A stretch of DNA of 53,448 nucleotides, taken from positions 164,719,661-164,773,108 of the forward strand of contig NC_068983.1 of NCBI RefSeq assembly GCF_001194135.2. Reading direction: 5' to 3'. The translations under genes were made by a program, and so were the position numbers. The notes beneath the pieces were generated by a model. The model was given only the letters and a program-made list of their open reading frames with translations. It made no database searches and had not been told where the DNA came from. This DNA is from Octopus bimaculoides (lineage: Eukaryota). Shown here piece after piece: positions 27,770 to 40,330 of the stretch; within the stretch, counting starts at the first letter, position 1, and the number at the start of each line of letters is the position of its first letter.

Positions 27770-27807
27770 NNNNNNNNNNNNNNNNNNNNNNNNNNNNNNN
27801 NNNNNNN

Positions 27808-27875
<68 letters not shown>

Positions 27876-28040
27876 TATAAACAAAGTTTACTTTTTTAGA
27901 AGCGTTGAGATATATTAAAATATACAGATATGAAAATATTTTATTCTCCAACGCAGGATAATGCTAAAAGCATGAATAGGATATAGCGTATATAAAAGCT
28001 AAAGTTATAAGTTAAAAAAATTGCAGAAGAATTAGTTAGT

Positions 28041-28290
28041 GGGCAGTTTAGCTTAAAGGTAAAGCACTTGACCAGTAAAGACAGAGATGTGAATTCGAAT
28101 CTCATGGCTGGCCGCTAACAATCTCATAGCTGGCCTTTTCATATTCTGTGTCACGCCGAATGTCCCTCAGAATCACGTTAAGGATACGCGTATCTCTGTG
28201 GAGTGCTCAGCCACTTGCATAATTTCACGAGAAAGCCATTCGTTGAACGGATCAACTGGAACACTCGTCGTTGTAATCGACAGAGCACCG
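28041..28290 (+). mobile_element. tRNA-headed SINE with the family C tail, followed by (AAT)n
   Basis: A-box-like tagcttaaagg, B-box-like gaattcgaatc, then tail gtggagtgctcagccacttgc..ggatcaactggaacactcgtcg. Confidence 0.65.
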
Positions 28291-28292
<2 letters not shown>

Positions 28293-28347
<55 letters not shown>

Positions 28348-28385
28348 CAACGACGACGACGATGATGATGATGATGATGATGATT
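28293..28385. repeat. Compound (AAT)n-(AAC)-(GAC)-(GAT)n microsatellite
   Basis: Read directly. Confidence 0.9.
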
Positions 28386-28805
28386 GTTTCTAAGCACTTC
28401 AAAAGACATCAGAGAAAGCAAGTGTCATGTAACGAGCTTCATCAGCGTACAGCTGTTTCTGCTATTAGATGTGGTTGACTCATAGTTGCATAGTAGGATA
28501 AGATCCTTTAGCTTCATTGGAGCATTGAATATGAAGTGAATTTTATTTGGGAGAGTTACATTTTCAAAATATACCTAACACCTCTACGTTCTGAAAATGT
28601 AGCATTCCCGAAGAAAGTTCACTTCATATTCAAGGCTCTGATGAAGCTGTAGGTTGTTATCCACATACTTAACTAGAGTCCACTACATCCTATAGCAGAA
28701 ACAGCTGTAAGCTAAAAAAAGTACATTACATAACATTTGGGTGTTTCCGGTGTCATCTCTTTCTCTGTCTGTCTGTCTCTCTCTCTGTCTGTCTGTCTGT
28801 CTGTT

Positions 28806-28878
<73 letters not shown>

Positions 28879-29077
28879 NNNNNNNNNNNNNNNNNNNNNN
28901 NNNNNNNNNNNNNNNNNNNNNNNNNNNNNNNNNNNNNNNNNNNNNNNNNNNNNNNNNNNNNNNNNNNNNNNNNNNNNNNNNNNNNNNNNNNNNNNNNNNN
29001 NNNNNNNNNNNNNNNNNNNNNNNNNNNNNNNNNNNNNNNNNNNNNNNNNNNNNNNNNNNNNNNNNNNNNNNNNNNNN

Positions 29078-29395
29078 AACATAAAGAACGACCCTTCTTC
29101 AGTTGCTGGCTGTTTTTTCTACTCTCGTATTTCAAGCATTTATATATATATATATATATTTATTTATTTATATATATATATATGTATATATATGCATATG
29201 TGGGCACAAGACGTCACGAAACGTGTACAACTAAAAAGTATGAAGCACGAGTACATGGAACATCAACTATTCTTTGGAACAACGAAAGACACAAATGTAA
29301 AACAAAACAAACAACATAAAGAACGACCCTTCTTCAGTTGCTGGCTGTTTTTTCTACTCTCGTATTTCAAGCATTTATATATATATATATATATT
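29078..29395 (+). repeat. Tandem duplication, 235-bp period, ending in (TA)n
   Basis: 29078-29141 is identical to 29313-29376; the first copy abuts an N-gap. Confidence 0.8.
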
Positions 29396-30093
29396 TTGTT
29401 ATCATTGTCTTAATACGTTGTAATGGATATTTAGGTTTTCAGAGACAATAAAGACCACTAATGAATCTGCACATTTGATATTATTGTGGCCTTTATACAT
29501 AAATTGTTATCAATTTTGTCATAAGCCGGGCTATTTGTTTCGAGGTTGTCGAGTTTTACATCCGCCATTTTTCTTTGTTTATGTTTTTATGCAATCAATT
29601 TGAAAATAAGCGTTTCTCTGTTATCTTTGGGCAAAATGCTACAGCTTTGTGTGCATGGAATAAATTGGTCTGGTGCTAATGTAAATACACATCCTTGTCA
29701 TTTTTTATAAGAAGTGTCAGGTCGATGACCTCTATCCATGAACATTTATGTTACATGAATTATCTGGGATAATGAAGATTAAATATTTCAATTGTTGCTT
29801 ACATATTTATTCCACATTTCTGACGTTATACTTTCGATCCTGCTCTATTGTTCATTTATCGGTGTCGTTGAATAATTTGTGCAGCAAAATGTTAAGCGTC
29901 CCTCGGTGTAATCTCAGCTCTCCGCTATAATCACTTCTCCTACATCGATGGAATTCCGTTCCACCGATGCAGACAATCATCATCAACATCATCATCCTCA
30001 TCACCATCATCAACATCATCATCATCATCATCATCATCATCACCATCATCAACTCATCTTCTTCTTCTTCTAGTTGTTGTTATTGTTATTATT

Positions 30094-30307
30094 GAGTATC
30101 CTTATATTTATCACGTGCTTTCACTGCACTACGGAGCACAGCTCTGTGCGCCTTGGGTTTGTGCTGTGGTTTGCTGTGGTGTTCTTATTTTCACTGTATT
30201 GAAAGTGTTTTACGCAGGATGTGTGCGGTGCCTAGTAGCGCTATTTTCTGTATGTTATATATATATTTGTTAGTCCTGGTGTTTTTGTTACGTATTTGTC
30301 TGAATAT
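30094..30307 (-). mobile_element. 3' end of a second R4/Dong-type subfamily
   Basis: Minus strand ..NIQKIALLGTAHILRKTLSIQ* (stop 30191-30193), then a different 3'UTR ending ..gatactc(aat); a long (AAT)n tract lies on its 5' side. Confidence 0.8.
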
Positions 30308-30342
<35 letters not shown>

Positions 30343-30353
30343 CATTATTATTA

Positions 30354-30427
<74 letters not shown>
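30308..30427. repeat. (ATT)n microsatellite
   Basis: Read directly. Confidence 0.95.
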
Positions 30428-30429
<2 letters not shown>

Positions 30430-30882
30430 GTGAGAGAGCAGTGCATACTATCTGACACTGGGGTACAAATATACGAAGCCCAATATACCCATCATCACTA
30501 CCCGTCTGATAAGGGGACACAACGCACATGCATCACAACCATATGTGCGAGAGATGAACTTATATCAAGATAAACAGCGCAGAGACTTCGCAGGTGAGGC
30601 CCAGTTACATTTTCTTCAGGTCGATAAACTTATCCCACTCAAAAGGAGGTCCCTGAACAGGGACTGTTTAAGGATGATGAACGAAACATCCGTTTCCAGA
30701 AGTGAATTATTTAACCCCCAAAGAATCTCTCACAATACACGGCTATGATGCTCCCCCACTACTTCTGCTCATGATCAGAGATGCACATATCGTCAGCAAC
30801 CAAGGGACATGCTCAACTGATTAAGATCAAGCAACCGACAAGTGAATCTGTGGTATTGAGCAGAATATTTGTTGTACCCATC
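30428..30882 (-). mobile_element. Element D copy lacking its 5' part (fused to the adjacent copy)
   Basis: Reverse complement of the element D 3' portion; abuts (ATT)n 30308-30427. Confidence 0.8.
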
Positions 30883-31353
30883 ATGACTATATGTCTGATA
30901 AGGGTATACCAGGCACGAGCATCACAACACGGTGATCTCATATCAAGTTAAACAGCGCATGACCTCGCAGGTGGGGCCTAGTTAGTTTTCTTCAAGTTGA
31001 GTAGCCCATCCCGCTCAAAAGGTCCCTGAATAAGGTTTGTTGAAGAATGTTGAGCAAAACACCTATGTTTCCAGAGGTGAATTATTCAAACCCCAAAGAT
31101 TTCCTCTCAAAACATGGCTATGATGCTCCCCCACTACTTCTGCTCGTGATCAGAGATGCACATATCGTCAGCCACCATGGGACACGCTCAACTGGTTAAG
31201 CTCAAACAACTGACAAGCAAATCTGTGGTTTTGAGCAGAATATTTGCTGTAGCCCATCTTTTATACCAAGACAAAACAATGTACATGATAACACTTCCAA
31301 TCAATTAAGATCTGAAGCCATGAGAGCCACTGCCTGGTACTGCATCCGGGCAT
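30875..31353 (-). mobile_element. Element D copy lacking its 3' end
   Basis: Reverse complement of the element D head (..ctggtactgcatccgggcat at ~31353), followed by (TTA)/(TTG) repeats. Confidence 0.8.
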
Positions 31354-31769
31354 TTATTATTATCATTATTATTACTATTACTATTGTTGTTGTTGTTTTT
31401 GTTGTTGTTTTCTTATTGTATTTGTTGCTATCTAACTTTCTAACCGCATACGAAAAAAAAAATAATATACACAAGAGTGAGAGGTCCCAATAGTCTCGCA
31501 CAAATACATCGTATTGAAAAAAGCGAAAGTGTAAAAAAGAAAAAAAAAACAAATCTCCATGAAATGAATAAAATAATTAGCAAAAAATAAAATGTTGCGT
31601 TACCTCAAACTCCATCATTTTGGCAAAAATTCAGCAAATCTCTTTTAGCAATTATTCTCTGATACTATTCAACCACAAGTAGGCAAATTGCTCTGGAATT
31701 GACCAGAATGATTTTCCAATGACCATAATAATAATAATAATAATAATAATAATTATTATTATTATTATT

Positions 31770-32171
31770 GCCTTTGCACAGCTTCTAATGCTGGAGATGT
31801 ACTACGGTGTTAGCTGTTCACTACCAGTGAACTAAGGTAACACCTCTTATTTTTCGAGCACCTTCCGGAGTATTCGAGCGGTTCCAAGCAGTGCTGTTTT
31901 CCGCAAGTGCTCCACCCTTATTGCAGCCGCTATTTGTTCCACGTACTTCTCTAAAATTTTGACTCACTGTTCCCAAGACTCCGACAATTATTGGTACTAC
32001 TGCTACCTTTTTCATCGACCACAACCGCTTAACCTCCCAAGCTAACCTGTCATATCTCTCGACTTTTCTTTCTTTCTTATCGCATACCTTGTTGTCAGCT
32101 GGGAATGCTATATCTGTGATCCAGTTTGGTTTCTTTCTCAATTAACACTATGTCTGACTTCCTATTCTCTA

Positions 32172-32173
<2 letters not shown>
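31770..32173 (-). mobile_element. 5'-truncated R4/Dong-clade non-LTR retrotransposon: RLE endonuclease C-terminus plus 3'UTR, frameshifted
   Basis: Minus strand reads IENRKSDIVLIEK.. / ITDIAFPADNKVCDKKERKVERYDRLAWEVKRLWSMKKVAVVPIIVGVLGTVS.. / ..HLRKTALLGTARILRKVLEK*. This is the PD..D..K restriction-like endonuclease region and the ALLGTA.ILR C-terminus. (AAT)n lies on both sides. Confidence 0.85.
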
Positions 32174-32226
<53 letters not shown>

Positions 32227-32227
32227 G

Positions 32228-32390
32228 ACAGAATCGCTAGCGAGCCGGACGAAATAGTTAGTGGTATTTCGCATACCTCTACGTTTTTGAGTTCAATTTC
32301 CGCCGAAGTCAAGTCGGTAAATTAAGTACCAGTTGAGTACTGTCCTCCTCCCTAGAAAATCCAGGCCGTCTGCCTATAGTAGAGAGGATT
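32228..32390 (+). mobile_element. Family A SINE, diverged
   Basis: gacagaatcgctagcgagccggacgaaat.. and ttaagtaccagttgagtac. Confidence 0.65.
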
Positions 32391-33707
32391 GTTGTTGTTG
32401 TTGTTTTTCCAACAACTAACCACCATCCTGAACCCCATCATCATTATTAACCGAAATCCCATCCTATTTACAAACGAAAACGATAACAAACACAACAAAA
32501 CTATAACAAAACAAACTAGTCTCTATGAGAATAGAGTAATCTGTCATGGGTCAATAATGACACTTTAGATACAGATAACAAATATTGAAACCGCTAAGTT
32601 GCTTTGTCTCTTTGATTCACTATAAATCCGACAAGCTGAATTTACAATCCAAGCAAATACTGATAAATATCGTATGATATGACGGAGCTGATGTGATCTG
32701 GTGTATACTACGTAAAATATGACATACCCTGTTATATTGCTATGCTGTTCACTGTAATGCTGAATGTTATATATACTTTAGATTGACCGTTGTTTTTTAT
32801 GTTGACAATACGCATTGCTAAATGAGGCAGAACATTTTGTAAGACTGGATTGATAAGGCCGTTGTCTACATTATAAGATGGAATGATAACGATGATGATG
32901 ATGATGATGATGACGACGATGACGATTATGATGACGACAATGATGGTGGAAATAAAGAGGTCGATAATTTATCGGTTTAAGAATCACAATACAAAATACC
33001 GCATCGATTTTCTTCGCTTAAAAACCTTTAAAAACTGGGCTTTCTATACTGTTCCATGAACAGAACTGAATCTTTAGAAAAAAATAATTTCTTCCGGTTA
33101 ATTAGTACGACTTAGAAAGTCATTCCGAATAATTACGATCATTTAATATCAGTAGTCGAAATTCTTAAGGCATTCAGTAATCCTGGAACAGGAAAACTCT
33201 CCCTGGCTGATACGAAGCTTCACTGATAATCCACCGTTACGTCGGAAGAATTGAGTTGCATTTTATCACATCTACTGTGTTTTGTTTGTAACTTAATTTC
33301 CAGAGGCCTACATCATGCGCTGCAAATAATACACCTTGAGAAGATACAACATGCTAACATTGGAGGACAAGACTTGTATAAATCCTGAGCATCTTAGTGG
33401 TATACCATCCAAACTTTAATTCCTTGTAGAGATTAGAGAATTTACAGAATGTGATTCAATTTCCACATTTTACCCATTTTTATTTTCTGGTGTGTAGAAT
33501 AGAACCAACGACGTGGTCTTATTAGTGATACTCCCGTTTGTTATTAATTGCAGATCTAGATTTTCATTCTAGCAATTACAGAAAAAAAAGCATTAAATGT
33601 TTTATTGCTGACAGGTTGTTTTTATATCTGTTTGAAAGTCTACTAAGCTTGTCGTTTGAAATTTTGGCCTTTTCCGCTGCAGGAAATATACTGAAGTAAT
33701 ATTGGCG

Positions 33708-33918
33708 TAAAATTTTGGCACAGAGCCAGAAATTTCGAGAGAGGGTATAAGTCGATTACATTGTCCTCATTCCTCAATTGGTACTTGTTTTATCGACCCC
33801 GAATGGATAAAAGGAAAAGTCAATCTCGGTTGAATATGAATTCAGAACGTCAAGAGAGGCGAAATGCCGCTAAGCATTCTGCTCACCATGCTAACGATTC
33901 AGCACGTTCTCCGGCTTA
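33708..33918 (-). mobile_element. Family A SINE, diverged
   Basis: Reverse complement of head, core and tail. Confidence 0.7.
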
Positions 33919-34276
33919 CGTACTGAAATAATATTAATGCATCTGGTTGAAAAGGAAAAAAATAACATTCCTTAGGACCTCGTTAATTGATCTATTAATT
34001 AATTACACCCAATGAATATTTGAGTGACGATATTCGTTTTTGATAAAATAAACCCCCTAATAAAATTTGAAAACAAATTTGGAAGAATGAACTTGTGAAA
34101 GAAATATTTTTTCTTTCTTAAGTTTATATTTTTTAAAGAAATATTTAAGATAGACTGCGAGAATTTGCAGGATTGCTCAAAAATGTAGCAAAATTGCGCT
34201 AAATGAGAAACAATGAAACGAAAGTACACACAAACTGAACCTGTACATATATATGTATATATATATGTATGTATAC

Positions 34277-34745
34277 ATCAGGAAGATTGTATCAATGGAA
34301 CAGCTGAGCGATTAGGTGAGACTGAAAGTGTTTCGACTCTACTCTCTTTGGGAACCTGAGAGAGATGTTCAATGATACACACATGGAAGATCCTAAAGGA
34401 GTTTGCACCCAACTTTGACATCGTTACGTCCCACTCGTTCTGTCCAGAGTGAAGACCATGTACAGCAATACCTTGAGATTTCAATTCCCACACCTATTTA
34501 ACATCTTGCCAAAACATCCGAGAGATCTACATGGAGTAGTTGTAGATGTTCCCAAGAAACACCTTGACCGCCTGCTTCATCAGATGTGCCAGATGTTACC
34601 AGATGAACCTAAATCGTGGCATGAAACTCAGAAGAGACTAATAATATCGAACTCACACCTTCACCAATCACAAGCGAATGGTCATTAAACGGTGATAATA
34701 CTAGCGGTGCCCCAGCATGGCCAGAGCCTTTCGGCTGAGACACAT
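34277..34745 (+). mobile_element. Degenerate 3' end of a CR1-group LINE (ORF2 C-terminus plus 3' tail)
   Basis: Frameshifted peptides RLKVFRLYSL / MIHTWKILKEFAPNF / KTMYSNTLRFQFPHLFNILPKHPRDLHG..KKHLDRLL..PDEP resemble the CR1-type post-RT region; followed by tail gcggtgccccagcatggcc. Confidence 0.75.
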
Positions 34746-35337
34746 AAACGCATACACAAATATCTACATATGCAAGTACATACTTGTCACTGAAAGATTT
34801 TGTGTCAAACAGATGAGCGTGTTTCATTGGTGGTTTCTCCATAAACATCTCAAGTGTTATATTTCAACAGAATGTTTTCCTTTATCGAATACTTTTAGCG
34901 AAACAATCTCTATATAAACCGATTCTGTCTTCATTAAAACAATAAAACAAAAGATTCTTTTACCAAATCTAAAAACATCAACAAGCTTTCTTTTCTTCTT
35001 TCCTGACCACACATTTCTTCTTTTTGTTGCTTTTTATTGTTTTTACATTTATTTTTTGTTTGTTTCATTTTCTGTGCATAGCTTGTAGATATTTAATTCA
35101 TAGTTTATTGGTAAGTATAAAGACACAAAACGCTATGAATCTTCCGTTGATTTAACACAAACATAGATCGTTATTATGAAGATACATAAACAATACATCG
35201 CCGAAACAATGACTATAAGAGAAAAGAATGCGTAAGCAATATGCTTATCTTTACATTTATATTCAAGTTGCATTCAATTAATATTTGGCAATATTTGAAT
35301 ATAAACATGACGCATTATCTCAGTTCTTACAGTAACT

Positions 35338-35643
35338 GGATCTTCGTCTGTTACGACGAGGAGGGCTCCAGTTGATTCGATCAAGGATAAGTCTGATAAA
35401 CTTTCAAGTGACTGAGCACTCCACAAACAAGCATAACCTTAGCGTAGCTCTAAGAGAGTTTCAGCCTGACACAGAATGTGACGAGGCCGACCCTTTCAAA
35501 TACGACTCATTTTTGCCAGCTGAGTGGATCGGAGCAACGTGAAATACAGTGTCTTGCTCAAGAACACAACACGTTGCCGGGAACCGAATCCACAATTTTA
35601 CGATCGTAAGCGGAATACCCTAACCACTGAGCCACGTGCCTTC
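35338..35643 (-). mobile_element. Full-length family C SINE
   Basis: Reverse complement gcacgtggctcagtggttaggg head, gtgttcttgagcaagacact CORE-like segment, family C tail. Confidence 0.8.
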
Positions 35644-35854
35644 GCTTCAGCGACTACTTTTTGAATAAAATTAGTTTTATAATAGATTTTACTTACTTAA
35701 TTGTGTAGCCACGCAGTTCGAAAAAATCTTATGTAATTAACCGAAATTTAATAGTATATAGTAAGTTACGTAATTTCGCTTTACTTGTCAGTAGTAAAGT
35801 TGTATCGATATGTTATCACAACGTTATAGGTTTAAATAGTGTCAACCATAATGC

Positions 35855-36045
35855 TGGTTTCAAATTTTAGCACAAGGCCAGCAATTTCGGGAGAAGCAGT
35901 AAGTTGGTTACATCGGTCCCAACTTTCAACTGGTACTTATTTTATCGATCCCCGAAAGGATGAAAGACAAAGTCAATCTCGGTGAAATTTGAACTCAGAA
36001 ATAAAGAAGAACGAAATGCCGATAAGCATTTCTTACCAACTCATA
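35855..36045 (-). mobile_element. Family A SINE
   Basis: Reverse complement of core and tail. Confidence 0.75.
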
Positions 36046-37204
36046 ACGTTAATTAGCATTAATAAAATGTTTTCTCAAAGGGGAGAACTTCGGAATTAAC
36101 TATCAATGTAGGAGAGGTTGATGTTAGTTAAACACTGTAGCAAACATTTAGTGAATTATAGTTAAGCATTAATACACGATATTAAACGATTATAGTTTAT
36201 TATTTACGATTATTCAGGGATTAGGTAATTTAAATACTTTTGGAATATTACCCAGCGATGTTCTCTGTATCAGAAACATAACTCTAAGTGCCTTCTAGCA
36301 AAGCTGCAGTCTAATGACTGAAACAAGTAAAAAAAAATTATACTTAATCTAAAACAAAACTTTAATCACTTGAAATTAGACATTTATATTAAAAGAAGAA
36401 TCGTTAATGCTAATGACAATATCTTTTAATCTATACAACGGAGAAAATACAAAATTGAAAGAACTTAACAATTAAGCCAACAAATCTTTTATTTACAACG
36501 TTTTGGGAACATGTTATTTATTTGTGTAGGGCAAATTTCAGGTTAGTTCCCTGATAGATATCTATCGTCAGGACAATGCTTCAACTTGTTTCATTTCCTT
36601 TATTTTTCTTCGGTTGTTCAGACTTAGCTAAGCAATGACTTTCAGATATTTTGATTTTCTCCATCTGACAGTTTGAAATTATACCAGGCTGATTAAGAAA
36701 AATAATAATTATGAATCAACTACAGCTTAAAGGGTCGATACTGTAAACAATAAAATGACGTTCGTTCACCGCTTGATTAAAAAATGCTTTTGTACTTTCA
36801 ATCTGCATCAAAGATTGATTTATTGAAGAAATTTTATTCTAAAATTAGTAGAAAAAAAAGCAGTGAAAATTATTAAAAACTATTCTGGAATCCGAAGTTC
36901 GATAATCTTTAATTCATTGAAGAAAATAAGAATAACTTGAATACATTTTTTTTTAAATATCGGTAAACAAGAATTGGTAAACTGGATAACTGTTATTTGA
37001 AAACAGAAGATAGAAGAAAATCTTTAGCGATATCGAATGAAATATTTGTTTAATGTCACATTACATTAGAAAAATAAGTTATTCGATTAAGCGAAATTGT
37101 GTTTAGTTGAATTTACAACAAACCAATAACTTTTATACAGATGTGACACTAATAGGGTAGCAAACAGCATGGACTATGCAATTCTCTATTATGTAAGCAA
37201 AGAG

Positions 37205-37812
37205 AATCGAGCAGACAGAATCGTTCGTACGCCGGGCAAAAAGCTTAGCGGCATTTCGTCTGTCACTACGTTCTGAGTTCAAATTCCACCGGGGTCGACT
37301 TTGCCTTTCATCCTTTCGGAGTCGATAAAATAAGTACCAGTTGAACACTGGGTCGATGTAAACGGCTTACCCCTCCTCCGAAATTGCTGGTCCAGTGCCA
37401 AAATTTCAAACTAATATTTAGATTAATGAAGGTGAGCAGCTGACAGAATCTTTAAGAACGCAGACCAAAATGCTTTAGAGCAATTCTTCCGATTTTACGT
37501 TCTGAGATCAAATTCCTCCGAGGTCGACTTTGCCTGAGAGTGTCGATAAAGTAAGTGCAGATCGAGCACTGTGATCGATATAATCGACTTGGCCCTTTCC
37601 CGAATTTTCTGGCTTTGTACCGCCAAAATTTGAAACCGGAATTTAACTCAAATCAAGGCCGCGAGCTGGCAGAACCTTTAGCAGGCCGGGCAAAGTTCTT
37701 CGCACCATTTCTTCCGACTTTACATTCGGAATTCAAATGCCTCCGAAATAAACTCTGAGGTCACCTTCTTTGAAATTGCTAGTCTCGTACCCAAAATTTA
37801 GAACCAATATTT
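37205..37812 (+). mobile_element. Three head-to-tail family A SINEs (~37205-37420, ~37428-37645, ~37656-37812)
   Basis: Three successive (ga)gc(t/a)g(g/a)cagaa heads, each ending in a ccaaaatt..aacc tail. Confidence 0.75.
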
Positions 37813-38641
37813 AACTGAGATTAAGGATTAAAACTTACTCTTTTATGAATCGTTAAATAATAGTTTCTTTTTATTCATCAACAATTTATTGAAAACTATT
37901 TTATTGATTACTTCACGTTCTTATGACGAAATGCATATTATTTTGCATGAAAGCATTATACATATTACCATTTGGATGGAACAGAACAAAGCATGAAGAA
38001 CATGAATTCCCGCATATTTATTCAATCAAAATGTAGGAATATAAACGTCTGAAAGAAATTTTTAAAATAAAAGCAATTCTAGAATTGTAGACGTTGTTCT
38101 AATTCTCATAATTAAATTTCATGTTGAACGGGAAGAAGAGTAAAGTACGGTCATTGTAGATATTAACTATATTTTTTGTTTTGTTTGATAATAATTGCTT
38201 AAGAACAACATTTACATTTAACAAAAGAAAACAAGTCGACTTCAAAGCAAATCCCTATCACTGTCAAAAAACATAGAAAGTGGACATTTTTCTGTAAATC
38301 CCATAATTAAAATTACAAAATAAAACACAACACAATAACAAAAAATAATGATAATAAAATAAAGTAACATCACAAACAAGATAATTATCTTTCTTTCTTT
38401 GATAAGCCTAACAGTATTTGAAGTAATTAACAATGGAATGATTTCTGAAGACATAAATTAAAATAAAAGAAATTCTTTGTAATTATCTTTGTCGGAAAAT
38501 ATATTTTGTGGGAAATAAATAATAATCTATAATTTCGCGCAGTAATTTCACCAAAATTGAATATAATTATGCGAATTATACGCAGTGTTACCTCTCTCTT
38601 CTTTCTCTCTCCCTCTCTTTCTTTCTTTCCTCATACAGATT

Positions 38642-38673
<32 letters not shown>

Positions 38674-40205
38674 ATGTGTGTGCGTGTGCATTTATATGAT
38701 ATGTGTCGCAGAATAGTGAAACCTATATAAGAAATTAAAGGAGACTAATCAGTGCTCATCTTCTCTCTCTCTCCCCCCTCTCTCTCTCTCTCCCCCCTCT
38801 CTCNNNNNNNNNNNNNNNNNNNNNNNNNNNNNNNNNNNNNNNNNNNNNNNNNNNNNNNNNNNNNNNNNNNNNNNNNNNNNNNNNNNNNNNNNNNNNNNNN
38901 NNNNNNNNNNNNNNNNNNNNNNNNNNNNNNNNNNNNNNNNNNNNNNNNNNNNNNNNNNNNNNNNNNNNNNNNNNNNNNNNNNNNNNNNNNNNNNNNNNNN
39001 NNNNNNNNNNNNNNNNNNNNNNNNNNNNNNNNNNNNNNNNNNNNNNNNNNNNNNNNNNNNNNNNNNNNNNNNNNNNNNNNNNNNNNNNNNNNNNNNNNNN
39101 NNNNNNNNNNNNNNNNNNNNNNNNNNNNNNNNNNNNNNNNNNNNNNNNNNNNNNNNNNNNNNNNNNNNNNNNNNNNNNNNNNNNNNNNNNNNNNNNNNNN
39201 NNNNNNNNNNNNNNNNNNNNNNNNNNNNNNNNNNNNNNNNNNATATATATATATATATATACATATATATGATATATATATATATGATATCGTATAGATG
39301 TTCATAAGTTAAGTATCTACAAAAATATGATAAATGTAAGTGTTGCGAATATCTTATATATACGAGCTTAAATAGTTTGTGATAATAAAGTAATTTGCGA
39401 TTTCCAGGGAAATTATTGGACTTGGTTTGTGTTAAGCAGTATTCGCGCCTTCTTTTCAATCATCGTGTTACCTTGTGTAATATCGCAAAACAACCGTTGG
39501 AATGCATGGGAACTTTCATGAGAATTCTTTGAGAATGATTGAATGCTTGTAATCATCTATCTGTGGCGTTTCCTTGTTTGTCAAGAATTATTACATTGAA
39601 AATTACTGATAATTCCAATAAGCTAATGGGAATATATTTGAAAGTCTCCAAAATTGCATGTCACTATTTGTGCCGTTGAAAGGCTGTTAAATATCTTGAA
39701 AAGTTGTGAAAAAATTTAGCTGAGTTTTATTCGATTGGGGGGTTGATGTATACATTGCGATGGTTTCGCATATATATAGTTAAAAAAAACACACAGAAAA
39801 GGAAAAAAAACAAACAAACGTAAGGACGTAGCACAAGCAAGGTATTAATAAAACGCTCAAAGAAAGTAGAGAGTAGTCGTTTTATGATTCAAGCATAGCT
39901 CTTCGTCGGAAACAGGAAAAACAAGAAAATCCAAAGGGAAAGAAGAAAGGAGGAAAAAAACCGCCACGTGGGGTTACATATTTGAAGATGTGTGTAGGTG
40001 TAGGTGTAGGTGTGGGTGATGGTGGGAGGAGGGAAAACGAAGGAGAATGGAAGAACTGCAGTAAAGTCGAGTGAAGAGAAGTGAGATATATATGTTTGTG
40101 TATGTGTGTGTGCGTGTATGTGTGTGTGTGTATTTACGAATGTACGTATGTATGTGTGAATTTATGTGTTTGTATGCATGTATACATACATACATATATA
40201 CATAC

Positions 40206-40257
<52 letters not shown>

Positions 40258-40296
<39 letters not shown>

Positions 40297-40330
40297 CAGA
40301 TAGATAGATAAATAGATAGATAGATAGATA
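40258..40330. repeat. (TAGA)n microsatellite
   Basis: Read directly. Confidence 0.9.

Noticed and set aside
33348-33416. MLTLEDKTCI.. resembling a globin N-terminus
   Set aside because: No A12 Trp, no compatible phase-2 donor, and an early stop.
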